Source of the DNA: a virus
Reading direction: 5' to 3' (one strand)
Length of the DNA stretch: 64,000 bases
Virus record (IMG/VR): IMGVR_UViG_3300009155_000044
Location: 56,074 to 120,073 of that record
The first letter of the stretch is position 1. Each line of letters opens with the position of its first letter. Of the stretch, positions 1 to 11,800 are shown one piece after another. The notes beneath the pieces are model-generated. The model had not been told where the DNA came from. It saw nothing but the letters and a program-made list of their open reading frames with translations, and did not search any database. The position numbers were made by a program, and so were the translations under genes.

Positions 1-576
1 CATAGCGTAAATGCTAGTACCAGCGTTTATATTAGCACCTTCAAAAGATACTGAAACTGTTGGCAAACTCCCCACTGCCGCATCAAGAGTATAGTTTGTG
101 ATGTAAGCGTTTCCAATGCCAATAAAGTTTTTAATAAATGCTGCTGAAGCTCCATAACCAGTTTGCCCAGTTACTGTTGCTGCCGCAGGAGCTACATTAT
201 TAACGTCATCTCCTTCAGCAGTGGTCAAAATATAAAAATTCTGACCACTAAAATCAGAAACCATGTGACCAGAAAGAAAAGTCTTTTCTCCGCTCAATCC
301 AACTCCACTGTTTTGTACATAAAAACTCAAAGCTCTCTCATTGCTTCCATCTGTTAAATAGTAGGAGAAGTCAAGATTCACTGTTGGAGGTTCTAAAGCT
401 ACATAACCAATGCGCCCAAGTTCACCAAACTGATTGATGTCTTGGCGATTAATAGTGAAGCTATAGTTTGCGCTTTGAACTCTGTCGAGTTCAACATGTT
501 GTCCATTGCCCGTGGAAGAGATGTCTTTGCTAATATATAAGGCATCTGATTGATAAATTACTCGATTTCTAGCCAT
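1..576 (-). CDS. Tail tube / major tail protein paralog (3'-truncated by window edge; absent from ORF track)
   Basis: ATG at 576 (minus) opens a frame MARNRVIYQSDALYISKDISS...LDRVQSANYSFTINRQDINQFGELGRIGYVALEPPTVNLDFSYYLTDGSNERAL... that runs off position 1; nearly identical to the N-half of 615..1763. Confidence 0.75.
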   Translation of the reverse strand, partial: MARNRVIYQSDALYISKDISSTGNGQHVELDRVQSANYSFTINRQDINQFGELGRIGYVALEPPTVNLDFSYYLTDGSNERALSFYVQNSGVGLSGEKTFLSGHMVSDFSGQNFYILTTAEGDDVNNVAPAAATVTGQTGYGASAAFIKNFIGIGNAYITNYTLDAAVGSLPTVSVSFEGANINAGTSIYAM

Positions 577-614
577 GATAGTTAAATAGGTTTGTGTTTA
601 TTTTATTAATATTA

Positions 615-1763
615 TTAAGAGTAGATGACATTTGAGCCAACTCCGCTCATGAAAATTCCTCTTCCAGTTTCATTCAAGCTAGAGTATTGAGCGGAGAATA
701 CGAGATCAACAGTTTTATTTCCACCAACACTGCTAGAGAATGATTCGCTATCTAAGCGGCACTTTTTAAGAGTATACGTTACTGCTGGAATGGCAGTTGT
801 TGGATTGTTAATAGTTAAAGTAACATCTTTTTCAACAGTTAAATCAATAATTCCTGCAAGATTTTCCGCAGTCATTTCATTAACAATAGCAGATACTGAA
901 AGTGTTGCAGCTGCTGGCAAATCTAATGGCCTAGCAAATGCGAACCTGCTTCCAATGCGTTGAATTGGAGTTCTGGCAAGAGGAATAGCTAATGATGCGC
1001 TCTGAATGTGAATAGCGTTTGTGCTAGATAATGCTACGAAAGCTCCTTGAAAATCAACATCAAAAGCTGTTAAATTTAACGTGATATCTCCAGGTCGAAG
1101 AGCAGTTATGTTGCTGTTTCCTAAAGAAGTTTTACCTGTTCCAAGAGTTACTCCAGTTCCAGAATATGAGAGTCCACTTTCTGGCTGAATTGATGCTAAT
1201 TGCAATCCGCTCCATCCACCAGGACTAGACGTTACACCTGTAACAGCATTCATATTAGCAGCTTCGAATGAAACTGAAACTGTTGGAAGATTACCAACTG
1301 CCGCATCAAGAGTGTAGTTTGTGATGTAAGCATTACCAATGCCGATAGCATTTTTAATGTAGTTTCCAGCGCCAGCTACGTCTCCAGAAGTGTTATTAAC
1401 ATCGTTTCCTTCTGTAGAGGTTAAGATGTAAAAATTTTGTCCGCTAAAGTCGGAAATCATGTGTCCAGAAAGAAATGTTTTCTCAACAGCAGTTCCAGTT
1501 TTTACATAAAAATTCAAAGCTCTTTCATTGCTTCCATCTGTTAAGTAGTAAGTTAAATCAAGATTAACTGTGGGAGGTTCTAAAGCTACATAACCAATGC
1601 GTCCCAGTTCGCCAAATTGATTGACATCTTGGCGATTAATAGTGAAGCTGTAGTTTGCGCTTTGAACGCGATCAAGTTGAGCGTGAGCGCCACTCACTGA
1701 TCCAGTGATATTTTTACTAACGTATAATGCGTCTGATTGATAAATTACTCGATTTCTAGCCAT
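615..1763 (-). CDS. Tail tube / major tail protein-like
   Basis: 382 aa, beta-rich and S/T/G/N-rich, ending DSESFSSSVGGNKTVDLVFS; next to head-tail/tail genes and the tape measure; fold call is inference. Confidence 0.65.
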   Translation of the reverse strand: MARNRVIYQSDALYVSKNITGSVSGAHAQLDRVQSANYSFTINRQDVNQFGELGRIGYVALEPPTVNLDLTYYLTDGSNERALNFYVKTGTAVEKTFLSGHMISDFSGQNFYILTSTEGNDVNNTSGDVAGAGNYIKNAIGIGNAYITNYTLDAAVGNLPTVSVSFEAANMNAVTGVTSSPGGWSGLQLASIQPESGLSYSGTGVTLGTGKTSLGNSNITALRPGDITLNLTAFDVDFQGAFVALSSTNAIHIQSASLAIPLARTPIQRIGSRFAFARPLDLPAAATLSVSAIVNEMTAENLAGIIDLTVEKDVTLTINNPTTAIPAVTYTLKKCRLDSESFSSSVGGNKTVDLVFSAQYSSLNETGRGIFMSGVGSNVIYS

Positions 1764-1827
1764 GGTAGTTAAATAGGTTTAATTGGGTTCGTTTCATTTA
1801 CAGTTTTTCCCTATAAAAGAGAATTTT

Positions 1828-2676
1828 TTATTGTCTTGGATATCTTTGTTGGTGTATTTCAAAGTCTAAAAATCCAACATATAAGTTGTCTGTTAAAGTT
1901 GTTCTAGCTTTATCAGTTAATTTGGAAGCATTTACACTATTAATAAAAAATGAAGTATTAGAGCTATAAGTTGACTTTAAAGTTGAATAAGAATAAGATC
2001 CATTTTTTAAATCTCCATATTCTGTTTGAGGATGTCCAGAAAATGGAATGTTACAAAAGTTCTCGTTGTATGAATCTGCAAAAATAGATAAAACTCCATC
2101 AAGTTGATAAGCATTTTCAGCTAAAATTACAGCTTTCATATTTATTTTAGTAGTGTCCATACCACCAAATGCGAATCCATCATTTTTCATAGAATCGCTA
2201 GACAAGAAAATAGCAGGCACCACTTGATCATATGGAGATATATAATTTTCATCAGGGCTAGAAATTCTAGAGTTTTGAATATACTTTCTCTCTACAATCA
2301 AATCGTCCTCAGACTCATTAGTAAAATAAACGTTAAAATCTTTGACTGAAAATGATCCTGTGATTGGAGCGGAAGTCGAGACTCCACTAGCTAAAACTCT
2401 TCCATTTTCAAAATCAATAATCAAAGAGTCGCTTCTTGGAACGAAAGATCCGCTAATATAAATTCCACTAGGAACTATTGCATTTGTGATGGAAGAATCT
2501 GTGACCCATTGTTTATAAGCGCTGCCATAAGCTTTGTATCTAGCGTCTAATCGATCATCAGAATAATTGAAAAAATTTCCAGTTTGATTGGAAAATGCTT
2601 CTCCTTTGCGCAACAAGTAATTGTCAAACCATAATAAAAAAGAAGTCGTGGCTCTGTGTTGGAATTGTTCTATCAT
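1828..2676 (-). CDS. Putative tail completion/terminator structural protein
   Basis: 282-aa ORF directly upstream of the tube gene, in the canonical neck-terminator-tube order. Confidence 0.4.
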   Translation of the reverse strand: MIEQFQHRATTSFLLWFDNYLLRKGEAFSNQTGNFFNYSDDRLDARYKAYGSAYKQWVTDSSITNAIVPSGIYISGSFVPRSDSLIIDFENGRVLASGVSTSAPITGSFSVKDFNVYFTNESEDDLIVERKYIQNSRISSPDENYISPYDQVVPAIFLSSDSMKNDGFAFGGMDTTKINMKAVILAENAYQLDGVLSIFADSYNENFCNIPFSGHPQTEYGDLKNGSYSYSTLKSTYSSNTSFFINSVNASKLTDKARTTLTDNLYVGFLDFEIHQQRYPRQ

Positions 2677-3254
2677 TTTAATTGAGCGAATAAGTTAGAG
2701 TATTTATTAATCAAAAGAGATATGTATTGTTGATTTTTAAATGTTTTACTACTAGTTTTTACACTAGTTTGGATTCCCGCGCCAGATCTACTATTTTTAC
2801 TTTTTAAATTTAAATAAAATCCTAGTCCAGAAATGCCAGTTTCGATTCCTTGCGCCCAGCTTCTGCCAGATGCCCATGGCATAGGAGTAACTTCAAAAAT
2901 TTCCTTGGCTGTTGGAAGAAGTATCGAAAATTTAACTCCAGAAGCAACATCTCCAGAGTATTTAAAATTTGTTGCTTGTAGTTTTTCTAAAATTGGCTTG
3001 ATGGGTTCATCTCCATCTTCAAATCCAATAAATGAAAATAAATTGCCATATCCGCCAAGAGAACCACTAGAATTTGATGCTTGTGGACCATTTGAAATTT
3101 CTTGAGAGATTGGATGATTTAAAAACTCTTCAATCATTTTATCTTTTAAAGTTTCAAATTTTTCTTGAAAAGTTTTTTCAAAAGCTACTCGCAAGAGTTT
3201 TGGAGCTTGAGCATCTATTATGCTTTGTACATCTTTTGGAAGTTTCATAATCAA
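2673..3254 (-). CDS. Putative neck/tail-completion protein
   Basis: 193-aa ORF, 4-nt overlaps with both neighbours, position in morphogenesis operon. Confidence 0.35.
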   Translation of the reverse strand: MIMKLPKDVQSIIDAQAPKLLRVAFEKTFQEKFETLKDKMIEEFLNHPISQEISNGPQASNSSGSLGGYGNLFSFIGFEDGDEPIKPILEKLQATNFKYSGDVASGVKFSILLPTAKEIFEVTPMPWASGRSWAQGIETGISGLGFYLNLKSKNSRSGAGIQTSVKTSSKTFKNQQYISLLINKYSNLFAQLK

Positions 3255-3700
3255 GCATCAATTGGACTCAAGTAAAACTCGTAATATAAATTATCAAATA
3301 AACGAATTGGACTCCATTCACTAATGATAGCGAATATTTTACCATCAACTTCTACTCGACGAGCTTCTTTTATAAAATCAGCACTTGCTAAATCCACAAC
3401 AATTTTAACAGATCCTTGTGGTAGTATGATTTTACTAGCTGGAGAGTTTGGATCTGACAAAATTTCTTCTTTTAAATTTGTATAATAAATTCTTGCTTGA
3501 ATAGTTTGACTAACTTCTTGATTCACAATGCTAGTAGTTTTGCCAGCATTGCCATAAATACCGTTAAATTTAGCATTAGCTGTTGGCGCTAATTTTTGAG
3601 CATTTTTATAAACAACAATGGTTCTTGAAAAAGTATCATGAAGATTATTATAAATATTATTTATTGCTGCTTGTTTTGATGCATTAATGAAACTTGCCAT
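3251..3700 (-). CDS. Putative head-tail adaptor/stopper
   Basis: 149 aa with beta-barrel-like pattern (ARIYY...VKIVVD...RVEVDGKIFAII); first gene of leftward structural operon. Confidence 0.45.
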   Translation of the reverse strand: MASFINASKQAAINNIYNNLHDTFSRTIVVYKNAQKLAPTANAKFNGIYGNAGKTTSIVNQEVSQTIQARIYYTNLKEEILSDPNSPASKIILPQGSVKIVVDLASADFIKEARRVEVDGKIFAIISEWSPIRLFDNLYYEFYLSPIDA

Positions 3701-3708
3701 ATTGAAAT

Positions 3709-3714
3709 TTACAC
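3709..3714 (-). promoter_or_regulatory. GTGTAA motif 8 nt upstream of the 3700 start (candidate phage promoter element)
   Basis: ttacac at 3709-3714; same motif at similar spacing before several other genes. Confidence 0.5.
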
Positions 3715-3745
3715 TTTAAAAAGTATTATATATAAAGGTATCAGG

Positions 3746-4036
3746 ATGAATGCTAAAAATTCTTTAGAGGATAGGTGTAAAAGGTCAATGTCTAGCTTAT
3801 TTAAAGATATGCTAGTCATCATTGAAGATTTAAAGTTTGAACATGACTTGCAATTTAGAAAAATATTAGATGTTCTACCAATTGAGCATCATAATGTAAT
3901 TTATGCGGCAAATTATTTAACAGATGATAAATCTACTCGATTGCGCAAAAGAGTTTTAGACATTGGAAATGAAGCTATTAGAGATTTTTCTGACGAATAT
4001 GAAAAATATACTGTAACTTTTGTATTTAAAAATTAA
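3746..4036 (+). CDS. Hypothetical protein
   Basis: 96-aa ORF, first of the rightward tail operon. Confidence 0.6.
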   Translation: MNAKNSLEDRCKRSMSSLFKDMLVIIEDLKFEHDLQFRKILDVLPIEHHNVIYAANYLTDDKSTRLRKRVLDIGNEAIRDFSDEYEKYTVTFVFKN

Positions 4037-4051
4037 AATATATTAAGGCAT

Positions 4052-4807
4052 ATGGATTTTAAAGAACTATACAATTTTACAGTAGATAAAGAAGTGGAAA
4101 AAGTAATCGAGTCTTCCAAGAAGGACAAGAAAACTGGTGAAGAAACTATCACTAAAAAAACAGTCAAGGAAAAAGTTCCAGTGATTATTAAACTAAAGCG
4201 TCCTTCTCGTAGAGAATTGGAAGAAGCCGAGTTGGAGTTTAGTGTTGAAATGAGTCGATGCGTTAAGAAGGGCATCTTAACAAAAGCTATGTTGGCTAAG
4301 AAGTATAGCGACACTGGCGGTTTGATGAGCGAAGATGACGCTCAATCATTGGTAGACTCTTATAAAAAGATTTTTGATTTGCAAAATGAATACTCTCGCT
4401 TAGAGATTGTTCAAAATAAAACTGACAAACAAAAAGAAAGAGTAGAAGAAATTTCCACTGAGCTTGTGAAAGTTCGCCGTCAAATTGTAGAGTTTGAAAG
4501 CAACTATCAATCTTTGTTTGATCATACAGCAGATGTTAGAGCGCAGAATCGACTCATTCTCTGGTATGTAATCATGTTGACTCACATTCAAGAAGAGACT
4601 GATGAAAATCCTAAACCATTTTTTGGAAAAGGATCATTTGAGGACAAGATGGAAGAGTATTACAAGAGAGAAGAGGGCGAAGATCCTCTATATTTCTTAA
4701 TTACTAAAAAGGCTGCAACAGTTTTAGCTTTCTGGTTCTTCAACCAAACCTCTGATAAAGACTCTTTTGATGGATTGATGAAACGACTCGAAACTAATGA
4801 ACTGTGA
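4052..4807 (+). CDS. Putative tail assembly chaperone
   Basis: 251 aa, charged and helical (KLKRPSRRELEEAE), two genes upstream of the tape measure. Confidence 0.45.
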   Translation: MDFKELYNFTVDKEVEKVIESSKKDKKTGEETITKKTVKEKVPVIIKLKRPSRRELEEAELEFSVEMSRCVKKGILTKAMLAKKYSDTGGLMSEDDAQSLVDSYKKIFDLQNEYSRLEIVQNKTDKQKERVEEISTELVKVRRQIVEFESNYQSLFDHTADVRAQNRLILWYVIMLTHIQEETDENPKPFFGKGSFEDKMEEYYKREEGEDPLYFLITKKAATVLAFWFFNQTSDKDSFDGLMKRLETNEL

Positions 4808-5784
4808 GTGAAGAAGAGTATATCTCTATAGTTGGAGAAATCTTTGATGGTTGTACTGAATTTGAGTACGCTGGGAAACCAGCGTACTTGAAGCATTTCT
4901 CTATTAGAGATCAAAGGTATATTCATCGTTATTATGATAAATACAAATCCATCGCTTTAAAAAAAGGAATTCCCGACGAAAAAACAATTTTAGCTAGACT
5001 AAAAAATGACAACTTATGGTCTGATGATGATGATTTAAAAATTGCTAATTTAGAAGTTGACATTAGCGCTTTAAAAGAGACTCAAAAAAATCTTTATTTG
5101 CAGTCTCAAAAAGATAAAGTTGGCAAAAATATAGCTTCAAAAACTAACGAATTAAATAAATTACAATCTACAAAACGAGAGGTTGCTGGAACTACTGCCG
5201 AATCTTACGCTTCTAATCGCACAAATGAAGAATTTATAAGATACATTTTATTTAAAGATGAGAGTTTAAAAGAGCATTTGTTTTCTCAAGAGGAATTTGA
5301 TGAATTAGAAGACTATAACATCAACTATTTAATCAAAGTATACTCATCTTCAAATCATCGTTTAAACGAAGATAATATTCAACACTGTGTTTTAAGAGAT
5401 TTCTTTAACATGTATCTCTCTCAGACTGAAGATTTGTCAGCATTTTATGGCAAACCAATTATTCAACTATCAATTTTTCAATTAAAACTAGCATTGTATG
5501 CTAGAGTGTTTTTTAACATATTTCAATATAATGAAGACATTCCAGACACTATTAAAAAAGATCCATCTGCAATTTTAAGATTTTCAGAGAGCAAAAAAGG
5601 CGGCAATAAACAGTCAACAAAACGACAAGCTAAAGAATCTGAATCCACAGTAATTTTTGGCGCTACTAAAGAAGATTTAAAACAAATAGATCCTAATGCT
5701 CGCACCATTTCTTTAGAAGACGCAATCAAGAACAATGGAGGAAGTCTTAATATGGAACAAATGATGAAATTGATGGATGGTTAG
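4804..5784 (+). CDS. Putative tail assembly chaperone (pre-tape-measure protein)
   Basis: 326 aa, GTG start overlapping previous TGA, directly upstream of the tape measure. Confidence 0.45.
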   Translation: MSEEEYISIVGEIFDGCTEFEYAGKPAYLKHFSIRDQRYIHRYYDKYKSIALKKGIPDEKTILARLKNDNLWSDDDDLKIANLEVDISALKETQKNLYLQSQKDKVGKNIASKTNELNKLQSTKREVAGTTAESYASNRTNEEFIRYILFKDESLKEHLFSQEEFDELEDYNINYLIKVYSSSNHRLNEDNIQHCVLRDFFNMYLSQTEDLSAFYGKPIIQLSIFQLKLALYARVFFNIFQYNEDIPDTIKKDPSAILRFSESKKGGNKQSTKRQAKESESTVIFGATKEDLKQIDPNARTISLEDAIKNNGGSLNMEQMMKLMDG

Positions 5785-5793
5785 GATTTTTTA

Positions 5794-5799
5794 GTGTAA
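5794..5799 (+). promoter_or_regulatory. GTGTAA motif upstream of tape measure gene (followed by AAGGAG SD)
   Basis: ttagtgtaaagctcttaaaggagcaaggacaATG. Confidence 0.45.
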
Positions 5800-5821
5800 A
5801 GCTCTTAAAGGAGCAAGGACA

Positions 5822-8800
5822 ATGGCATTACAACTTCCAGTAGTACAAACAGGTTTAGAAGCGAGCATTCAAGCGGCAATGAGAAATGCTGGCAAAGGCG
5901 CTGTGATTAATTTGGGAACTAGCGGCAAACAAATTGCCTCACTATCTCAACCACTAGGAAGAATCACTGGTCAAGCTGATCAATTCACAAAATCAATGGA
6001 AGCTGCGAATGCTCGCGTTTTCGCATTCGGAGCATCTGTTGGCATTATTAATAATGTTGCTAAAGCATTTAAAGGGATTATTACTAGCACAATAGAAGTT
6101 GAGACTTCTTTAGCAAATATTTATAGCGTTTTAGATAAAGCTGGATTAAGTGCTAAAGAGTTTGAAAGTGGACTATTTGAAGCTGCAAAAAATGCTGGGC
6201 AATCATTCAAAGTTGCTGCCGATGCAGCTTTAGAATTATCTCGTCAAGGTTTAAATTCACAAGATGTTTTAAAAAGATTAAATGATACTTTAATTTTAAC
6301 TCGTTTATCTGGATTAGATTCTGCTGCTGCTGTAGAAGGCTTGAGCGCAGCATACAACTCTTTTGCTGGAACTGGTATTACAACTACAGAAATTCTTAAT
6401 AAATTAGTTGCTGTTTCTCAAAAATATGCAGTTTCTGAAAAAGATCTTATTGAAGGCATTAAAAGAGCAGGATCTACGGCTCAACAAGCTGGAGTTTCTT
6501 TTGATGAACTTGCAGCTTTGATTACTGCTGTACAAGAAAAGACTGCTAGAGGTGGTGCAGTTATTGGTAACTCTTTCAAAACTATTTTTGCTAGACTTCA
6601 AGATAAAACAACTCTTGAGTATTTAAGCGATTTAGGCATTGGAGTTACTGATTTAGAGGGAAAGGTTCTTCCAGCTACTGCAATCATGGAGGGATTAGCT
6701 GCAAAATTTAACGATTTTTCAAAAATTGGACAAGCTGACATTGCTGAAAAGCTGGGTGGTATTTATCAATTGGGAAATTTGCTTGCGGCACTTCAAGATT
6801 TATCTAGTGAACAGTCTAAGTATACAGGAGCTATTAAAGTATCAGCAGAAGCAGCTGATCAAGCTTATCAAAAAAATGCAGCTTTAAATAACACTCTAGA
6901 GAGCATCTTGAATAGAGTTTCAGTGAGTGCTGAACAGTTAGGAGCTACTCTTGGCTCGCTAGGAGTAACTGATAATTTAAAAAATATTTTAAATTTCTTT
7001 ACTTGGCTTTTAGATGGTATTCAAAAAGTTTTACAAGAGGATAGTGGAATTGGTAAATTTTTTAAAGGATTAGTTGCTGGTATTGGTAATTTAATCTCTG
7101 GGCCAGGACTAGCACTATTTGGAGCTATCATTCTTAAACTATCAAGAGATCTTGTTCAGTTTGGATTTTCTAGTTTAAAAAGTTTTTTTGGCATTGGTCA
7201 AGCTGCCAAGCAAATTGCAGATGTTGAAAAATCTGTTGCTCAAGCATTGTCTACAAATGTTTCTTTACAACAACGCTTGTTAGCTGTTGAGGGAGATCGA
7301 GCAGCACAGTTAAGAATTATCAGCGCTGAGATTATTGCTCAAGAAGCGATGCTTAGAAGAATTGCGAGCACATCAGCAGCAATTGCTCCTGGTTTATATG
7401 GAGGTGGCGTAAGATCAACAGGACAAGGCTTGCGCGTTCCAAAAGCTGCTGATGGATACATGCCAGCAGTTGCGGAAGAAGCCTCTAGCGTGAAGCGTGG
7501 AGTTGGTGGGGCTAAGCCTTCAGACAAGCCAGTAGTCATTCCAAACTTCAACTTTGGAGGGGGCAAGCGTGGAACCATGGTTGCAAACTCTGGAGAACAC
7601 ATTGTCCCAAACTTTAATGGAAGCGGCGGGAGCGCTATCTTCAATAGAGACATGGTGAGAAAAATGGGAATGCCTGTTGGAGCGCAAAAAATTAATTCTG
7701 CTGGAGGTTTTGTTCCAAATTTTGCTAACGAAATTATTGAAAGTAAAACATTTGAAGTGCAACAATTACCTAAGTTTAAAAATATGGGTAAAGCAGATTT
7801 AAATGATGATTTTCAAACTTCTATAGAAATTATTAGACAAAAAAAATCCATTGGTCATTATAATGCTGCTGCTCAATCAATGGCTCAATCAATGGCTCAA
7901 TCAATTTTGCCTGTATATGGAAAAAGTACTGGAAAAAAAATAAATCAAGAATATTTTGATAAAGTTATTAAAGGTTTTGAAGATGACGGAGTTGATAAAA
8001 ATGCAATAACAAAATTAAAAACATCAATAATAAATGCTGATCCAAATAAGTCTGATGTAGATAAAAACTCTAACTGGACAAATATTAGAAGTGCCATTCA
8101 AGGAATACTTGGAGAAGTTGATGCGGCAAAATTACTAAATACCACAATTACTCAAGGAAATGCTTTTGTAGATTTAACTTCTGGAGAAGAAGTAAAAACT
8201 AGAGTAATTCAAAGCTCTAAAGACTTGATGAAAAAAGTAGCTAATATTTATTTAGAAACTCATAATACTAAAAATGGCTTAAAAGATGAAATCAGAAAAA
8301 ATAAGTTAGGTGGTAATTTTAAAGTTGTAATGCCATTAGGATCTAAATTACGTGCGGCTAATGGTTTTATTCCAAATTTTGCAATCAGTCAAAGAGAAGC
8401 TGCTTATAATGCTTGGGATAGCCCATTGAAAAATGGTAAACCATATGATTTTGTAAAAAATGCTAGCGGACAAAAGGGAACTAGTCCTAATAAAACAGAA
8501 GCTATTAAAATATCACAAGCGCTTGATCTTTATATAGCAGAAAATTCTGCTCAAAATAGAAACGATTATAAATCTAATAAACAAGAGAGTGTAACTAAAA
8601 GACGCGCAGATACAAGTGGGGCTGTAGCTGAATTTGGAATGATTTATCCATCAAATTCAAAAGGTTCAGTCTCATCATTTTTAGTTGGAAGTCAAAACGA
8701 AGTTGTAAAGGGCATTCCAATTATTGGTAAACCATCAGATGACTTGTATCCTGAAATTGAAAAGGGAATTATTAATGCTGGAATGAATTATGCTAAAAAT

Positions 8801-11800
8801 TTAGGATTTAATCCTGATATCATACAAGAAGAGAGATTTGCAGCAGGAATAAAAAGCCATCTAAATCCTGGAACTATTGAAGCTGCTTTTGGAACAGTTT
8901 TTGAAAGCGTATTTCAGTCGGCTATGCAAGTGCCGCCAAATAATAATCAAACACTTGATTTACCAAATAGATCCAAGTTAAATTCATTTGTTGGATCTAT
9001 GGAAAGGGGTGGAATATTAAAAGCTTCTATCGCTAATAATATAAATCCAGAGATGCTAGCTGCTGATTTTAAAAATGATTTGAGCGATTTAAATTTAAGT
9101 AGCATGGCTGCAAAAATTAAAGCATATCGAGATAAACAAGCTACTAGAGGAAATACTACTAAAACTTCTGCTAGAGGTTTCATTCCAAACTTTGCAAACT
9201 CATCCATGCCTCCTGTATCCATGGTGCCAATGCCAAAAAGTGCAGAGTATCAAAGAAGGCAAAGAGAAAGATCTGCTAAAGCTCAAAAATATAGAAGCGC
9301 CTCTGGACTTATAGGAGATTTGTTTAAAACTCTTCCAGAGAAATTTTTTACAGATTTAGTTTTAGGAGACTCTGACTATGGAGTTGAAACTCCAAGCATT
9401 TTCAAAGCTATTAAAGATAGCGCACTTTATTCAGCAGCTTTTGCTGGTCCAAATGCTTTAAAGTTTGTTCAAGAAGCAGAGGAATATGGTTTAAAAGTTG
9501 CTAAAAGTCTTCAAGATAAATTAGCAAAATTAGTTGTTAAAGCTACAACTAAAAAATCTAGCGCTAATGGATTTTTACCAAACTTTGCAGATCCAGTCCA
9601 AGCTGCTATTGGCAGGGAAATGAGCGCTGGAGTTCCAGCTTCTCAAATTTACATCGACCAGAATTCATCATTAAAGAGCGCTATGAATCCTAATGGACTC
9701 ATGGTGGCTAATCGTATAGATGAACCAATGGGAGGCTCACAGGGCATTGCTAGAGCGCGTAAAGAGGGATCTAATCCAATGACGTATGGAGCAGCTAGAG
9801 GTTTTGTGCCAAACTATGCTAATATTGGATCATTTCAAACTCAAGGAAACTCAATTACTAGTAATCAGGCATCAATAAATCAACCAGCAGTAAATACTGC
9901 TGCTGCTGCTGCTGCTGCATCTAGTGTTGTTATTAGTGCTGCTTCCCAAGCAGCAGCAAAACTTCCCCTACCAAAATCTACTGCAAGATCAATTACACAA
10001 TATCCAAAAGTAAACGTTGATACTTCTAGCAATAAAAATTCTCAAGTGAGTGGTGAAAGAATGCTTGGAACTATTTTTGCAATTCAAGGTGCATTATCAG
10101 TTTTACAAGGAGTTGTTGGTGAAGTTTCTGGAGAAATGGGTGTAGCATTAAGGGTTATAACTAGTGGTTTAAGCTCTTTAACTACGGGGGCATTTGCTCT
10201 TCAAGGATTGCAAGGTATGGGCGGATTAATAGGTGGAGCTACAAAAGCTCTTGGCCCATATGCTTTAGCTTTAGGAGCAGCAACAGCAGCTACTAATGCT
10301 TTTGTAGACTACATGAATGAAACTAGTGGAGCAAATACAGTTGCTGCTAAAAGTTTAGAAAGAGTTGATAGAGCAGCTTCGCAATCTTCTGGAAAATTAG
10401 AAGATTATGCAAAAACAGCGCAAGATGACATAAGAAAAAGAGCTTCAATACAGGTTGAAGCTATGATGGGGGAAAATAAAACAGATGGTGGTTATAAAAT
10501 CTTTGGAGATACTCCACAATTAAAAGCTGTAAAAGAAATATATGCAAAGGGTTTAGGCGCTGGAGCTTTTGGTCCTGATTTGGCTGATATATTAAAAAAG
10601 TCAGCTGAAAATGGTCTTACAGATAGTGAAGTTGATGATTTTTCAATATCGGTAGCAACTTTTATTGAAGCAATAAATAAAGTTCCAGATGAAATATTTA
10701 ATAGTATAGATAAATCTTCTGAAATTTATAAAGCATTATCTGAAAATCCAACCACTATTGAAAATAATTTAAAAAATTCAAATGGGCTTTTATATGAGCC
10801 TTTATATGAATTGAGAAAAAAATTCCAAGACGCTGGAATGCGAAATGACGACGCAATTAATAAAAATATTATGAATTTTGCGTCTAAAGTTAAAACTGAA
10901 ACAAATGCTAAAGATTCAGAAAACCAGATGGCTATTTCTAGAGTTCCAGCTGAAGTATATAAACAAGAATTAAATTCAATTATAAAAATTGCTAAAGCTA
11001 AAGCTGAAGCAAAAAGAGTTGAAGAAGACCTTGATACTCAAGCATTACAAAAGGGTAAGGAGTTAGGTGCATTATCTGAGTCTCAGATTAATATACTACA
11101 GTATAAGATAGCTTTAAAATCTGAAGATTTAAAACTAGAGGATTTACATCGTGATGCTTTAAGTGCTATAGTTGATACCATGGATGCTCAACAGATATCT
11201 GATGAAAAAAGAATTACTTTAAAAACACTAATTAATCAATTAGCAGATAAAGATAGAATAACAGCAGAAGATATTAAAAATATTACTGAAGAATCTTTAA
11301 AAGCTCAAGGAACTATTCCAGAAATTGTGGCTAAAACAGCAGAGGAAAAGAAAAAAGCATTAGAGCTAGACACAAAGGTAAGTAAGATTGCTAAAGCTAT
11401 TCTAGAAGCAGAAAATGGTAGAACTGTTGCAACTTTAAAAACTAAACAAGCGATTAATGAAATTATACAGTCAACAAGTCATTTATTGACAATGAAAAAT
11501 TTTCAGATTGATTTAACAGCAACAATCAAAACTAATGAAATTGAAAAAGAAATAAGAAGACTGGAACTTAATCAGCCGCAAAATACAGTAGCTGCTCGCG
11601 CACAAGCTGCTCAAATTGCACAAAAAAAATATGAATTATTGCAAACTCAATCTCCACTTGAGGCTCAAAAAAAATTCAATAATGCTAAAACTGGATTAAT
11701 AAATCAAGCTAACAGTTTAAGTCTTAACGACACTGATTTTGCAAATTTACAAAAATCAATTGAATCATCAAAAAATATATCTGAACTTCAAAATAAAGCT

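Noticed and set aside
4760-4810. Programmed -1 frameshift joining the two tail chaperone genes (lambda G/GT type)
   Set aside because: No X XXY YYZ slippery heptamer near the 4807 stop; the GTGA overlap fits translational coupling.
9899-9919. (GCT)6 GCA poly-Ala microsatellite as a phase-variation switch
   Set aside because: A triplet repeat cannot shift frame; typical low-complexity TMP linker.
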